64,000 nt of DNA, taken from Lobosporangium transversale (taxonomy: Eukaryota). Within the stretch, counting starts at the first letter, position 1. The number at the start of each line of letters is the position of its first letter. The position numbers and the translations under genes were made by a program. The notes below the pieces were generated by a model. The model saw only the letters and a program-made list of their open reading frames with translations, was not told where the DNA came from and did no database searches. The stretch spans positions 248,001 through 312,000 of the forward strand of contig NW_019029005.1 of assembly GCF_002105155.1 (NCBI RefSeq), read 5' to 3'. Positions 53,588-64,000 of the stretch are shown here, one piece after another.

Positions 53588-54323
53588 TCCTTTGACATTA
53601 TCAAGAAACATGCCCGACTTTCGTTCAAACTTATTTAGTTTTGCTTTTTTCTCTGCTTCATACTCTTCATTTCCTTTGTTATTATAGCCCGCCTCCTAAA
53701 TGAATTATGGATAAAATCAAAGAGGTGCTTAATAGCAAAAAAAGAAAAGAAAAGAAAAGAAAACTATGTTTTATACATAATTACTGTGTAATACACTTAC
53801 TCGCCCTTCTAAATCGGCCCAGAAGTTGACATGTTGAGCTCTTGAATCCTTAGATATGGACTTCGAGTCTCTTTTTCTAGCAAGTTAGGTTGCCCTTCGT
53901 CAAGGATTTCAGTGTCATTGCTAGAGAGCACCCGGCGCTTCGCTCGATCCCTTAGCACCTTTAGCTTATATTCTCTATCCTTATGGTGATTTTTGATCGC
54001 GAAGGGTTAGATCATACAGCTCCGGGCTTGAAATAGCTCCATTCACGAAAATAGCTAATGGGCAGTGGAAGTAAGTCTTACTGCAGCTAATGTCTCTTCG
54101 GCCTTCCTCTTGTTCTTCGCTTCTGCTTCTGCTTCATCCTTTCGGACACGGTCACGATTTTTTTGGTTATAAACGTGCCAACTGAAGCGATACAGATTAT
54201 TAAAAAAATATATAGAAATATAAATATATCAATATTTTCCCTGGTATGCTGCGCTTCATAAAGCATATTGCACTTATTGCCTTGATTTACTCCTTGTTAC
54301 CTCTTGTGTGGCAAGATGTTCAT
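52749..54323 (-). CDS. LENG1-like protein (CIR N-terminal domain), multi-exon
   Basis: MNILPHKS|WHVYNQKNRDRVRKDEAEA N-terminus, a DPMSAM segment and C-terminal YSQQFNP. Confidence 0.82.
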
Positions 54324-54483
54324 TTCAATGAGTTGCCTTTTGTTTGTGGACCATCACACTGGAAAGGCAAACTTTAGAATGGTGATGTGACTCGCTTGTT
54401 CATGCTGTTTGTTTAATTTTCGACATAAACTCTTTAATATTTGTCCGGCGACGCAACTTCATTCACCAAAACGCACTAAATTC

Positions 54484-55897
54484 ATGCTTGCTGCTGCAAA
54501 GGTTGCAGCCATCCGGAAATAACTGCGCGCACGCCAGTCTCATCCTTAAATCGTACAGACTGGTCTTGCTACTCTTTCCACAAGTGGTATGGAAGTGTGA
54601 GCGTCGAGGAAGGCATGGATACATATGGCTACGCAGCTTATAGAGCTAATAACTGACGCTTGTGAGATGTTGCTTATTTGTCACTATAGAGACATGGAAG
54701 CCTGGAAAAACACTGTGTGGATATAAAGTGCTCGAGGTATGGTTGACATGTCTAATTAAACCCGATGCTGTATCATGCCATCCCATCAATATGCGCATTA
54801 TACAGAAATACTGGAAATTTGACCTATTTTGTTAATCGGAGATAGACTCGACACATTAAGGAGCTGGAACTCGACGCTATTCGGCTAAGGCATGAGAAAA
54901 CAGGAGCAGAGCATCTTCATATCTCCCGAGATGATTCCAAAACGTCTTTGGCATCGGATTTGCCACGCCTCCAGAAAATAGCACGGGTGTTCCCCATATT
55001 CTCGAACATACGACACTCTGTGGCAGTCGATCTTTTCCAGTGAGAGACCCGTTCTTCAAGATGTTGAATCGTAGCATGGCTACGTTTATGAATGCTTTCA
55101 CAGGTTTGTTTGTAGTTCATTTCAATGATTGTCATTAATATTGATTGGGCTTGAATCGACGTGCTTACGCACAATATATTCAAATATCGATTGACTAGCA
55201 AGTGATTACACTTTGTATCCGTTTTCAACAACTAATCCCATTGACTATAAGAACTTGAGGGACGTTTACATGGACGCTGCATTCTTTCCGCATCTCAGGG
55301 AGCTGGATTTCAAGCAAGAAGGATGGAGGCTAGAACATGAAGACCCCAATGGTACTTTTGTTTTGTCTATTATTTAAAGATTGGATATTGTCGGTGTCAA
55401 AAGTTGACTTTGGATAATAACCGTAAAATTTGTCTCAATGGGCTGGTTGATTCTAGACAAGAGTTCCCGATTGTTTTCAAAGGGATCGTGTATAATGAGA
55501 TGAAGGGACAGATGGCAGATTCAGGATATTTATTTTGTCAAAGATGCAGCAGTTCATGTTCCTGGAACGACTTATGCTAATAACAGTGGAGGGGACCCTG
55601 CTTATATCACGGATTGACACACGAAGAACTTGTTCGATTCCACAAAACTCACTATCATCCAAGTAACGCTAAATTCTACAGTTATGGCAATTTTCGTTTG
55701 GAGGATACGCTTGAGGCTATCAATTCAAAGCTACATGAATTTTCTCCAATCACGCCTCCAGTCGTCGATAAAGTCGTCAAGCCTTTCGAGAGCCCTCGGC
55801 GAATCAATCTAACCTGCCCTGTCGATCCTAGTACGCAAATATTCGAAGAAGTATATGGGATAGAGTGTTGCATAACCTTTCGAATATTGATCTGACT

Positions 55898-55929
<32 letters not shown>

Positions 55930-58664
55930 CTCAGTGACGCCCCCTGAAAAGCAAGCCAAGATGTCAGTTTCTTTCTTGCAAATAAGGCTACTGTACGCGT
56001 TTAAATCTCCTCGATGCGATACTAATGAAGAACATCCGTGAGATATACGGGGAAAATTGACGAACACTTTTGTTTATTGGGTTTAGGATACTTTTGAAGG
56101 GTTTGGCCTCAGAATCCTTTCAGATTTACTTACAGATGGCCATGCCTCACCAATGTACAAAGCTCTAATCGAGTCTGATTTGGGGTCAGAATACTCTTCG
56201 AACACTGGATACGATGGGTCAACCATGATGAGCTCACTGTCATTTGGCGTTCAAGGGATGAAAGTAGAAAATGTGCCCAAGGTAGAACAGACCATCATCG
56301 CAGTCCTTGAAAAAGTCAGAGAAGAAGGCGTCGACCCCAAGCGTGTCGAAGCCATTGTTCACCAGATGGAGCTTGGACAGAAACATGTATGAAATCGGTT
56401 CAAATAGAGTCAATGCTGTTTACGCTCTTTTCCACTCGGAAAGTACACCAATTAATTTTATCTTCTTTAACAGAAAACATCCTTTTTTGGAATGGGTCTT
56501 AGCAAGGACTTTCGTCTGGCTGGTTCAATGGCTGTAATCCATTGGATCTTTTAGAGCTTAATAAGGTTAGCAAACATAACAAATATAATGCGTATTGTTT
56601 TCAGAGTCGCTGCCTAGACTGACACGCAGCCTTTTGTACCCTAGAACATTGATCGTTTAAAATCCGAGTTTCATCTGGTCCATTCTTCCAAAACTTGATA
56701 AACAAGTACTTGTTGAATAACCCACACAAACTCGTATTCACTATGGTTCCCAGCACTGACTATGGAGCAGAAGTCGCAGCTAACGAGATGACGCGCCTTA
56801 TGGGCAAGACTAGTGTTCTAACCAAGGCAGACAAGGAGGCTATCTATGAGCAAGGCCAGGCATTGCTCAAGAACCAAGAAAAGATTGAGGATGTTTCATG
56901 TCTTCCGACTTTAAAAGTAGATGATATTTCGAAGAAGACAAAGATCTTTTCATTGGAACATAGCGCCGTAAACAGCGTCCCCGTGCAATGGAGACCCACC
57001 TCAACCAACGGTATCACTTATTTCCGAGGATCAGTGTCATCTCAGAATTACCCCTGACCTAAAGAAATATCTACCGCTTTTCGCTGATTCTCTAACATCT
57101 CTCGGTACGCATAAGCGTGCAATGAGTGAGATTGATGACGAGATCAGGCTACACACAGGTGGAGTCCGTGTTGCGCCTTTCCTTTCCACGAATCATTCTA
57201 GTAAGTTATACTTCTGCTTGGCTTGATTGTATTCTAGCTGAGCGGTATTGTCATGATTATTAAAGCCATTTTGCCTTACTTATTTCCCTTCTATGATCAT
57301 GAACTATATAGCAATTGACAGGACTGAAGAGGGCCTGTCCTTCAGCTCTTATTGCTTGGACAAGCAAGAATCGTATGTACGATCTTATGGGCGCGCTCAT
57401 TAGCGAAACAAACTTTGACAATACCGACAAGCTCAGAACTTTGATTAAAGGGTACGTGAGCGTGTATCAAAGAGAAATCTGTTCAAGCTTTGCACTGAAT
57501 TTAATTCGATCGACCTCAATTGTTTTTGTAGAATGCTTCGGCTCTCTCCAATTCCGTTGCAGACTCTGGACATGCTTTGCTAGAACCAATGCTGGTTCGC
57601 GCTTGACACCTGCTGGCGTAAGTCATTTTGGATATAAACAAATAATAGTATGAGCGTTAAATATTTACATGTGAAGCTAATGCATACTGTTGTTTTTATT
57701 ATCTAGTATGCTTCTGAGATTTATGGTGGTATGACTCAGGTTCAATTCATGAATTCGCTTGCGCAAATGGATGACCTCACTGAAGTATCGCAACGTTTAA
57801 AGGAGATTGCTAACGTGGCAATCAAGCGTTCCAGCCTAAGACTTGCCGTTACCTGTGGAGATGATCAAATGTCGAGCAATGAGAAAGTTATCGGACAATT
57901 TATTTCACGTCTTGATGCTAGCCCTGTAAAATCTTTTTCCCAGGTAAGATGGATTAATTTAAAGTGTTTAAAAAAAAAAAAAAAAAAAAAAATATCAACA
58001 CCATTTTATTGTCAATTATTAGCTTGAATTCTCGCCATCGTATGAAAATTCCTTCTTTGGATTACCATATGGTATCAATTCACTGCAAAATGCCTGCGCG
58101 GTGTACATTACACACATGAGGATGGGGCAAAGCTTCAGATCCTTGCTTCACTCATGTCGAACTTGTTCCTGCATCGTGAGATTCGTGAAAAGAATGGTGC
58201 CTATGGTGGTGGGGCCGGCTACTCTTCTACAGGCGGTCTATTTCATTCTATTCTTATCGTGATCCTAGCCCCAAGAAGACGCTAAGCACTTACGAAGACT
58301 CTGTTCGTTGGGTGCTGGATCGTAAGGACTTTTCTGATCAAGAGATGGCAGAAGCAAAGCTATCAATCTTCCAACGCATGGATACCCCTGTCAGTGCAGC
58401 TGAAGAAGGAATGATTATATTTTCGGAGGGTATCACAGATGAAATGCGTCAAAAGTAAGTTTTAGAAGAATGAAACAAAAGGCCCTCGAGATAACAAGGA
58501 AATGCCTCCTGAACACTTGACTAATGATACTCTCTCTTTCTTTCTCTTACAACAGCCGTCGTGAACAGCTTCTCAAAGTTACAAGCGATGATGTCAAGGA
58601 GGTGGCTAACCGCTATCTACTCAACCAGCCATCGAGCCATTGCATCCTTGGTGACGAAGAATAA
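54484..58664 (+). CDS. CYM1: Mitochondrial presequence protease (M16C, Cym1/PreP), multi-exon
   Basis: [37 protein letters not shown] (HxxEH inverzincin), [35 protein letters not shown] and YRDP motifs. Confidence 0.95.
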
Positions 58665-60058
58665 TTTTTTCACTCGTTTTTCTTTCAGATAGAATGCAAT
58701 AAAGCATCAAACCGCGGCACGGCACGGACATTAAACTAGCGAAAATACACGCGTGTATCCGATTTTAAAATAAAAAGATCAGTTGAAGTTTATTCATACA
58801 TTTCAAGGGCAGAGCGACTAGTGGCCATCCTTTACTCGGGATCACTTAAACTAGTAACCGTATTTGCCACACATGCCGCAGTCCTACGAGCTGCATGCTG
58901 TGTAGTCTTGATCGATATCGATGTTCATCACTATCATAGTTGCCGGACCCATAATACTCATCGTCCGAAGCAAATGCGCTATATTTGTCCCCATAAAGGA
59001 ACAAGAAGCAAGTGAATGTAGTAGAAAACCTATGCAACCATCGCTCTATTAGGATTTTAAAGAACTGGAGCATTCTACGTCCATGCATCCATGATAGGAC
59101 TTTGTACGTGTCAGAGTCCTTTGGGAAGAGGTAAAGTATAGATCCCCAAGATTCAAGTACTACCCATACCGCTTCAAAAATCCACATCCTTTCGAGTAGA
59201 AGGATTCGGTTCGATTGGCTTGAGATGTGTCGTCGCCTTCTTGATACCATCTGTTATTCGGACATCCTATTTCCTATAGGTTAGCCATTCCTATGTGTAA
59301 AGATCATCTCCCCACCAATCTTGCAGTGAAGGAACGAATGACTAGAGATACAGCGTTCTTGTGAAAGAATAAATGTTAAAGGAAGAATACAATTAAGGAG
59401 CACGAGTGGAAGGAGTAATGAAAGTAAGTGATAGAAGTTGGGAACAAGAGAGAAGCTGAAGGAAGTTGAGGAGTATGTTTATGTATGTGCCCATTCTCTG
59501 GAGCTCTTTTTCTCTTGATTCATCTACTTCATGTCACCACAATGCGCTTGTATCGTGGAAAAAACGTGTCTCTTGTAAATTCATTCTTTGAAGAAAAGAC
59601 ATCTGCATGGTCCTTACACACCTTACTCGCATGCCCCTCCCCCCCCATGTAATAATCTAAAAAAATTATCGCACGACCAACGTACACACTGATTTACACT
59701 ACTTCCGTCTCCTGTGCAAATAACCTTCATGGAAAAAGATATTGGATTAATCTAATTGGCAATCCAAGTGCAAATATAGTCAACTTTGAAGACTTTTTTT
59801 GGCAGCCCAGCTGTCAAGGAACACCCTCATGATTTGGCAACCTACCTAGCGTTATTAGCCTATTTCTATTATTTCTGTAAAAACTCTCGTATCTCGTTTA
59901 CTGAGGACAATCCTGTTTTTGATCGTGATATTCAGCTACAATCCAGTGAGGCACATCAACATATTTTGCGATCCTAATGCTTCCTGTCTATTGACATTTT
60001 TATTTAGAGGAAGCCCACCAATTAAAGGCGGGTTTTAATTAAAAAACTGGGATAATAA

Positions 60059-60147
60059 CCCCGTGCAAACAGCTTATTATTTGGCAGCCCAGCTGCTGCC
60101 GCAAAAAAGGCTGCCAAATAATGGTAAAAATTACTATTTGTACGGGG
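60059..60147. repeat. Short palindromic, MITE-like inverted-repeat element
   Basis: Outer IR CCCCGTGCAAACAG / CTATTTGTACGGGG (12/14 match); inner perfect 14-bp IR ATTATTTGGCAGCC (60076-60089) / GGCTGCCAAATAAT (60109-60122); partial copy at 59768-59813. Confidence 0.6.
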
Positions 60148-60194
60148 CCGTGCAAATATCATCACCCCGAATAAAATGCTACCAGCAAAATGTA

Positions 60195-60267
60195 CGCTCC
60201 TGGGTGGCTTGAACCACCAACCTCCTGATTAACAGTCAGACGCGCTAACCAATTGCGCCACAAGAGC
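60195..60267 (-). tRNA. tRNA-Asn (GTT)
   Basis: Cloverleaf GCTCTTG-TG-GCGC-AATTGGTTA-GCGC-G-TCTGA-CTGTTAA-TCAGG-AGGTT-GGTGG-TTCAAG-CCACC-CAGGAGC-G. The T-loop is one base short (likely a dropped C). A T4 run follows. Confidence 0.93.
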
Positions 60268-60396
60268 CTGAAAATTGTCGTAAATGACGCCTATTCATTT
60301 ACCTAAATATGTATTTCCTTTCAATTTATTATTTCCTATCATCCTATTTTCTACCATTTTTAAATAGTATTTAAGTAGCTTTTTCCTTCACTGCAA

Positions 60397-61089
60397 GAGC
60401 AAACAAGCCAATGGCTGAGTAGTAAAACTCGTCAGGGCACCCCCCTGTCTAGCCCAGGGGCCGGGTTCGAGTCCTGGTTAAGGCACATAAAGTGAAGCAA
60501 ACATGTGCCAGGTCAGGGATTTGCTTGAGTTTTATACTTTCTCTCCGAGACAGCCTAGTGTTCTCCGCTAAGGCTAAGATCGTGGGTGCACTACCCTAAG
60601 TCGCCTGGCTGGCCACATGTCTTAGGTTTATATTCCACCCCCAGCCGAACCAGCGGTACATCTGGCAGCATCCCCCATCACCCATTGACTAGGACAGCGA
60701 TGATCACAAAGTTTGACGGAGTCCAAAGTAGAAATTTCAGACCAATTCCGCAAGATTTGGTCCACATGCCAGTGGATTTGATCGAATAGAAAAAATTAAA
60801 AGTCGTCCTTAGCTAGAGTCGGCACGCCAGCCTCCGCGGCTTTTCACGGGCGCAACAGGCCACATCGGAAGGATGGACTTCGAGTACCGATCACGGTGTA
60901 CATTGGTAGAGAAAAACATGGATACGAATTGGCTCTTCACAGCCATCCCGTGCGAACTTTGAGAGTTTCGCTTGTTTCATAGTTGAGGGCGATATCATTA
61001 CTTTAGAGCGAGATTATGAAATAAAATTCCTCACCTCTGTGGGTTCTTGTTAACAGGAAAAAAAAAAAAAAAAAAAAAAAGAAAAAAAA
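60397..61089 (+). mobile_element. tRNA-derived SINE (~690 bp) with poly(A) tail and 20-bp target-site duplication
   Basis: A-box TGGCTGAGTAG (60412-60422), B-box GGTTCGAGTCC (60464-60474), poly(A) from 61058, and identical flanking AGCTTTTTCCTTCACTGCAA at 60377-60396 and 61090-61109. Confidence 0.85.
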
Positions 61090-61223
61090 AGCTTTTTCCT
61101 TCACTGCAAAGAATCTTCTTCTTATTCGATGCCTTTTGCAGGTGAGTTTATCTTCATTATTCTCATTATGAATTCTCAGAAAATTAGCAGTTATTAAATG
61201 ACTCTCTTCTTATTATCGATGCC

Positions 61224-61258
61224 TCGTGGTCCTTGTTATCAAAAAAAAAAAAAAAAAA
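61224..61258 (+). mobile_element. Extremely 5'-truncated retro-insertion (17 nt + A18) with 18-bp TSD
   Basis: CTTCTTATTATCGATGCC at 61206-61223 and 61259-61276 flanks TCGTGGTCCTTGTTATC-A18, which resembles the SINE 3' end GTGGGTTCTTGTTAAC. Confidence 0.65.
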
Positions 61259-61289
61259 CTTCTTATTATCGATGCCCTTTTGCAGCATC

Positions 61290-64000
61290 CTCAAAATCAT
61301 TCAAAGCATTACTTAGGATCACTATCGTATCCCAAAACCACGAGGCTCTTGCCCAATTCTTCATTTTTCATCATTACCTACTAGTTTCCAGAGATCACTA
61401 GTAGATGCTCTACGACAAAATCGAACTGGATCTAAACTATTTAATACGGAAGACATCAACATCGAGTGACAGATTAAGGAGTAGAGATGCGGACCGGTGA
61501 AGTGGACCAGATGAGGCTTCCGCACTCAGCGGCCCATGACCTGAGGGTCCTTGCTCAAAAAAAAAAAAAAAAAAAAAAAAAAAAGCCTTCCACACTCGGA
61601 AGAGACCCAAAGGCATCTCCAGCATGGTTCCACAATGTTCAAAATGCCCTTCATGAGTCCCTTTACACACACAACTTTATCGAAGTATGGTGTAGAGACA
61701 AAAAGAACATTCTTCAGAGACTAGACGAAGAGGAAGAGAGAGATTTAAGGGAGCTCCAACAGCTAAATGAGGCTGAAAACAATGAGAGAGCAGATGAACT
61801 ACTCACAGAAGACAATATGTTGGAGGAGCAGCCCACTGAGGATGATGAGGATGATGAAGTTGGATATATAAGTTACCTCAGTGACGTGGAAGAAGACCCC
61901 AGAGAGCCACTTGATCCCCTAAGTGTAGAACAGCGGGAGGAAAGAGAAAGAAGAGCACAGTGTTACATACAAGAGGGTATGCAGGAGTATGAAGGATACA
62001 CTGAGTCTGATCGCGAACTCCAAAAAGAATACTTGCGAGAAAATTTTGAAAAAAGAGAGCGTTTGAGAGAAAAAGAGCGCGAAGCTAACGAGAGGCATAG
62101 GCTGTGGAAAGATCCTCAAGGAAGGAAAATGTTACAATTTCGCGACCGTTTGGAAAGAGGGAAGAGGGAGCAATGGTTGCTAAGAAAAATAGAGCAAGAG
62201 AGGAAAAAAGAAGAGGCGGAGAGAAGGAGAGTGTGGCGACGTGAACAGTGGGTGCAAGCCAAGCAAGAAGCCGCACACTCGAAGGCTATCGAAAGAGCTC
62301 GCCGTCAAGAACGCCTACGGTTACAGGCTAGGTTTCAAAGGCTCGATGAACAAGGAAGAAGAGAACAGCGACGACGAGCGGCTTTCAACCGAGCAAGACG
62401 TAGAGCACAAGAGCGAAACAAGATACGTGGACGCCATGAACTCGATGAACAAGCTCTCGATAGGAGGCTCAGGACGAAAGCGCAAGAAGAGATGGACTCC
62501 TCAAGAACAAGGAATAATAAAATCCCAGAGGGTCATCATCGGTGGTTTGGCTCCTCTGAGTGCCTAGGTGTAGAGATCCCACAGGTTGACATGGACAATA
62601 TACTGCGTCAAAGAGAGAAACTATCAACGATGAGTCAGCTAACACTTTACTCCGATGGGTCCCTTGAAGAGGCAGGAAGAAGGGCGGCGCGGATGGCTTT
62701 CGGGTGGTGGCTCAGATAGGCCCAGAAAGCTTCTCAAATGTAGTTTCAGGTAGAGTCGATGGGTATGCTTCATCCACCAAGGCAGAGCTAGTAGGACTGT
62801 ACGCAGCCATTCTAGTCAGTCCCCGTAACGTTCCAACGACTGTCTACATAGACAACATGGCGGTAGTGGTTCAGTTCAAGGACCTTGCTCAAAAGCGAGA
62901 AGCAAGCACTGAACGGCAGCGATTGCGATCCAAGTACGCAGTGTGGTGGGCAGCCATTTCGAGAGCGCTCTTTAAGCAGGGCGGGAAGGTAACTGTGAAA
63001 TGGGTCAAGGGCCATGCTGGGAATAGAGGCAATATAAGGGCAGACCAAGCCGCCAAAGATGCTCATTTTAGCGAAATGTGGACAATCAAAGACTGGAACA
63101 CAACGATCTGCGCTGTCACGCTATTTTCGAGAACGAGGTGGTGGAGGATGATCTTAGACACCTGCTAAAACTCCAATCAGCAGTGAGAACACATTACTTG
63201 TGGGCGTCTCAGAACAGAGTCAGGAATTATATTGCAGACTGGCGAGAAGTAGAATGGAAAGCAAGCCTGCATATTCTTCACGATGGCAACACGCCTAGAG
63301 GCCTCTTCACCAGCCCAGCAGATTGTCACAAGAGAGCGCACAGAATAAAAAGGTCCATGGTATGCTTCCTACACTCACTTATATGAGGCAGTGGCGACCG
63401 GACCTGTATGAGACTGACATCTGCAGGATGTGTGAACAGGAGCAGGAGGACATAGAACACCTCTGGCGATGTCCCATGACACTGGACGAGCAATTGAAAG
63501 GTTGGAAGCAGGCCATAGAACTCATCACGAAGGATGGCAAAAGAGCATTAGTGAAGGAGAAGAAGCTCTGGGAAGACAAACAAGGGAAAACACAGGAGCC
63601 AAACCTGAATAAAGGAGGCCCTCGTTTACACCTGTAGCCGACAACGTGATTTGGGGCTCTTTGGAAGCGATGTTCAAGGGCGTCAGAGAGATTCGACATG
63701 CGAGCACTCTGTTTGGTGAGGAAGATGTGGATATGGGACGGAGGAACGAGGGTGAGATGCCCACTGGACTGTCCAAGACTTGTACCACGGTTTGGTGCCG
63801 AAGGAACTGATACAAAAATGGAAGACGATCTTCAGAACCACAGCATCGATCTCAAGGTACATTGTTTGCCGCTTTGTCAAGTCAATCGAGGAACTCGGCA
63901 GGACTGAAATCTGGAACAGACGCTGCAAAGTCACCGTCAACTGGGAAAGAGACAATGGTATCACCTCTGTGAGCAAACGCGCCAGGGGACGCAACTGTGT
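61290..64000 (+). mobile_element. Non-LTR retrotransposon-derived fragment: RNase H + C-terminal zinc finger (zf-RVT-like), no RT/APE visible; runs off the window
   Basis: RNase H motifs LYSDGSL, SSTKAELVGL, VYIDNMAV and KWVKGHAGNRGNIRADQAAK; HGMLPT...CRMCEQEQEDIEHLWRC; IWNRRC. Frameshifted, no introns; the 5' boundary is approximate. Confidence 0.8.

Noticed and set aside
58800..59500. Minus-strand 134-aa ORF / possible decayed F-box-LRR-like gene
   Set aside because: Multiple stops in other frames and no motif I can support.
60407..60487. Second tRNA gene
   Set aside because: It has A/B boxes and a T-arm but no proper acceptor or anticodon arms; interpreted as the SINE head.
60818..60905. 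Segment of the SINE body superficially resembling an HDV-like ribozyme (CCAGCCTCC...GCAACA)
   Set aside because: I could not build the required nested double pseudoknot by eye.

Overview
Intron-rich eukaryotic DNA with long poly(A)/poly(T) tracts. The gene content, including a WKNNGNT-type WRKY protein, points to an early-diverging fungus, probably Mortierellaceae/Mucoromycota (inference). Almost every long gene, including conserved housekeeping genes, is broken by single-base indels, so the frameshifts are probably read or assembly errors. Host genes: two GATA factors, mitoribosomal mS38/COX24-like, LAMMER kinase, flavin amine oxidase, stand-alone ABC ATPase, Myb+C2H2 factor, hot-dog thioesterase, eIF2B-alpha, fungal WRKY, Yar1-like ankyrin protein, small Rieske protein, LENG1-like protein, Cym1/PreP protease and tRNA-Asn. 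Two accessory regions stand out. (1) At ~47.2-51.1 kb, a fragmented intron-containing gene has an XPG/FEN1-like (PIN-fold) nuclease region followed on the same strand by a Fanzor/TnpB-type RuvC + zinc-finger region with all three catalytic acidic residues. A structured 3' region that could be an omega-RNA follows, and no transposase is visible. (2) At ~59.7-64 kb, a tRNA-Asn gene is flanked by a short palindromic element and a cluster of retro-insertions: a tRNA-derived SINE with a 20-bp TSD, a 35-nt mini-insertion with an 18-bp TSD, and an RT-less non-LTR fragment with RNase H and a C-terminal zinc finger.
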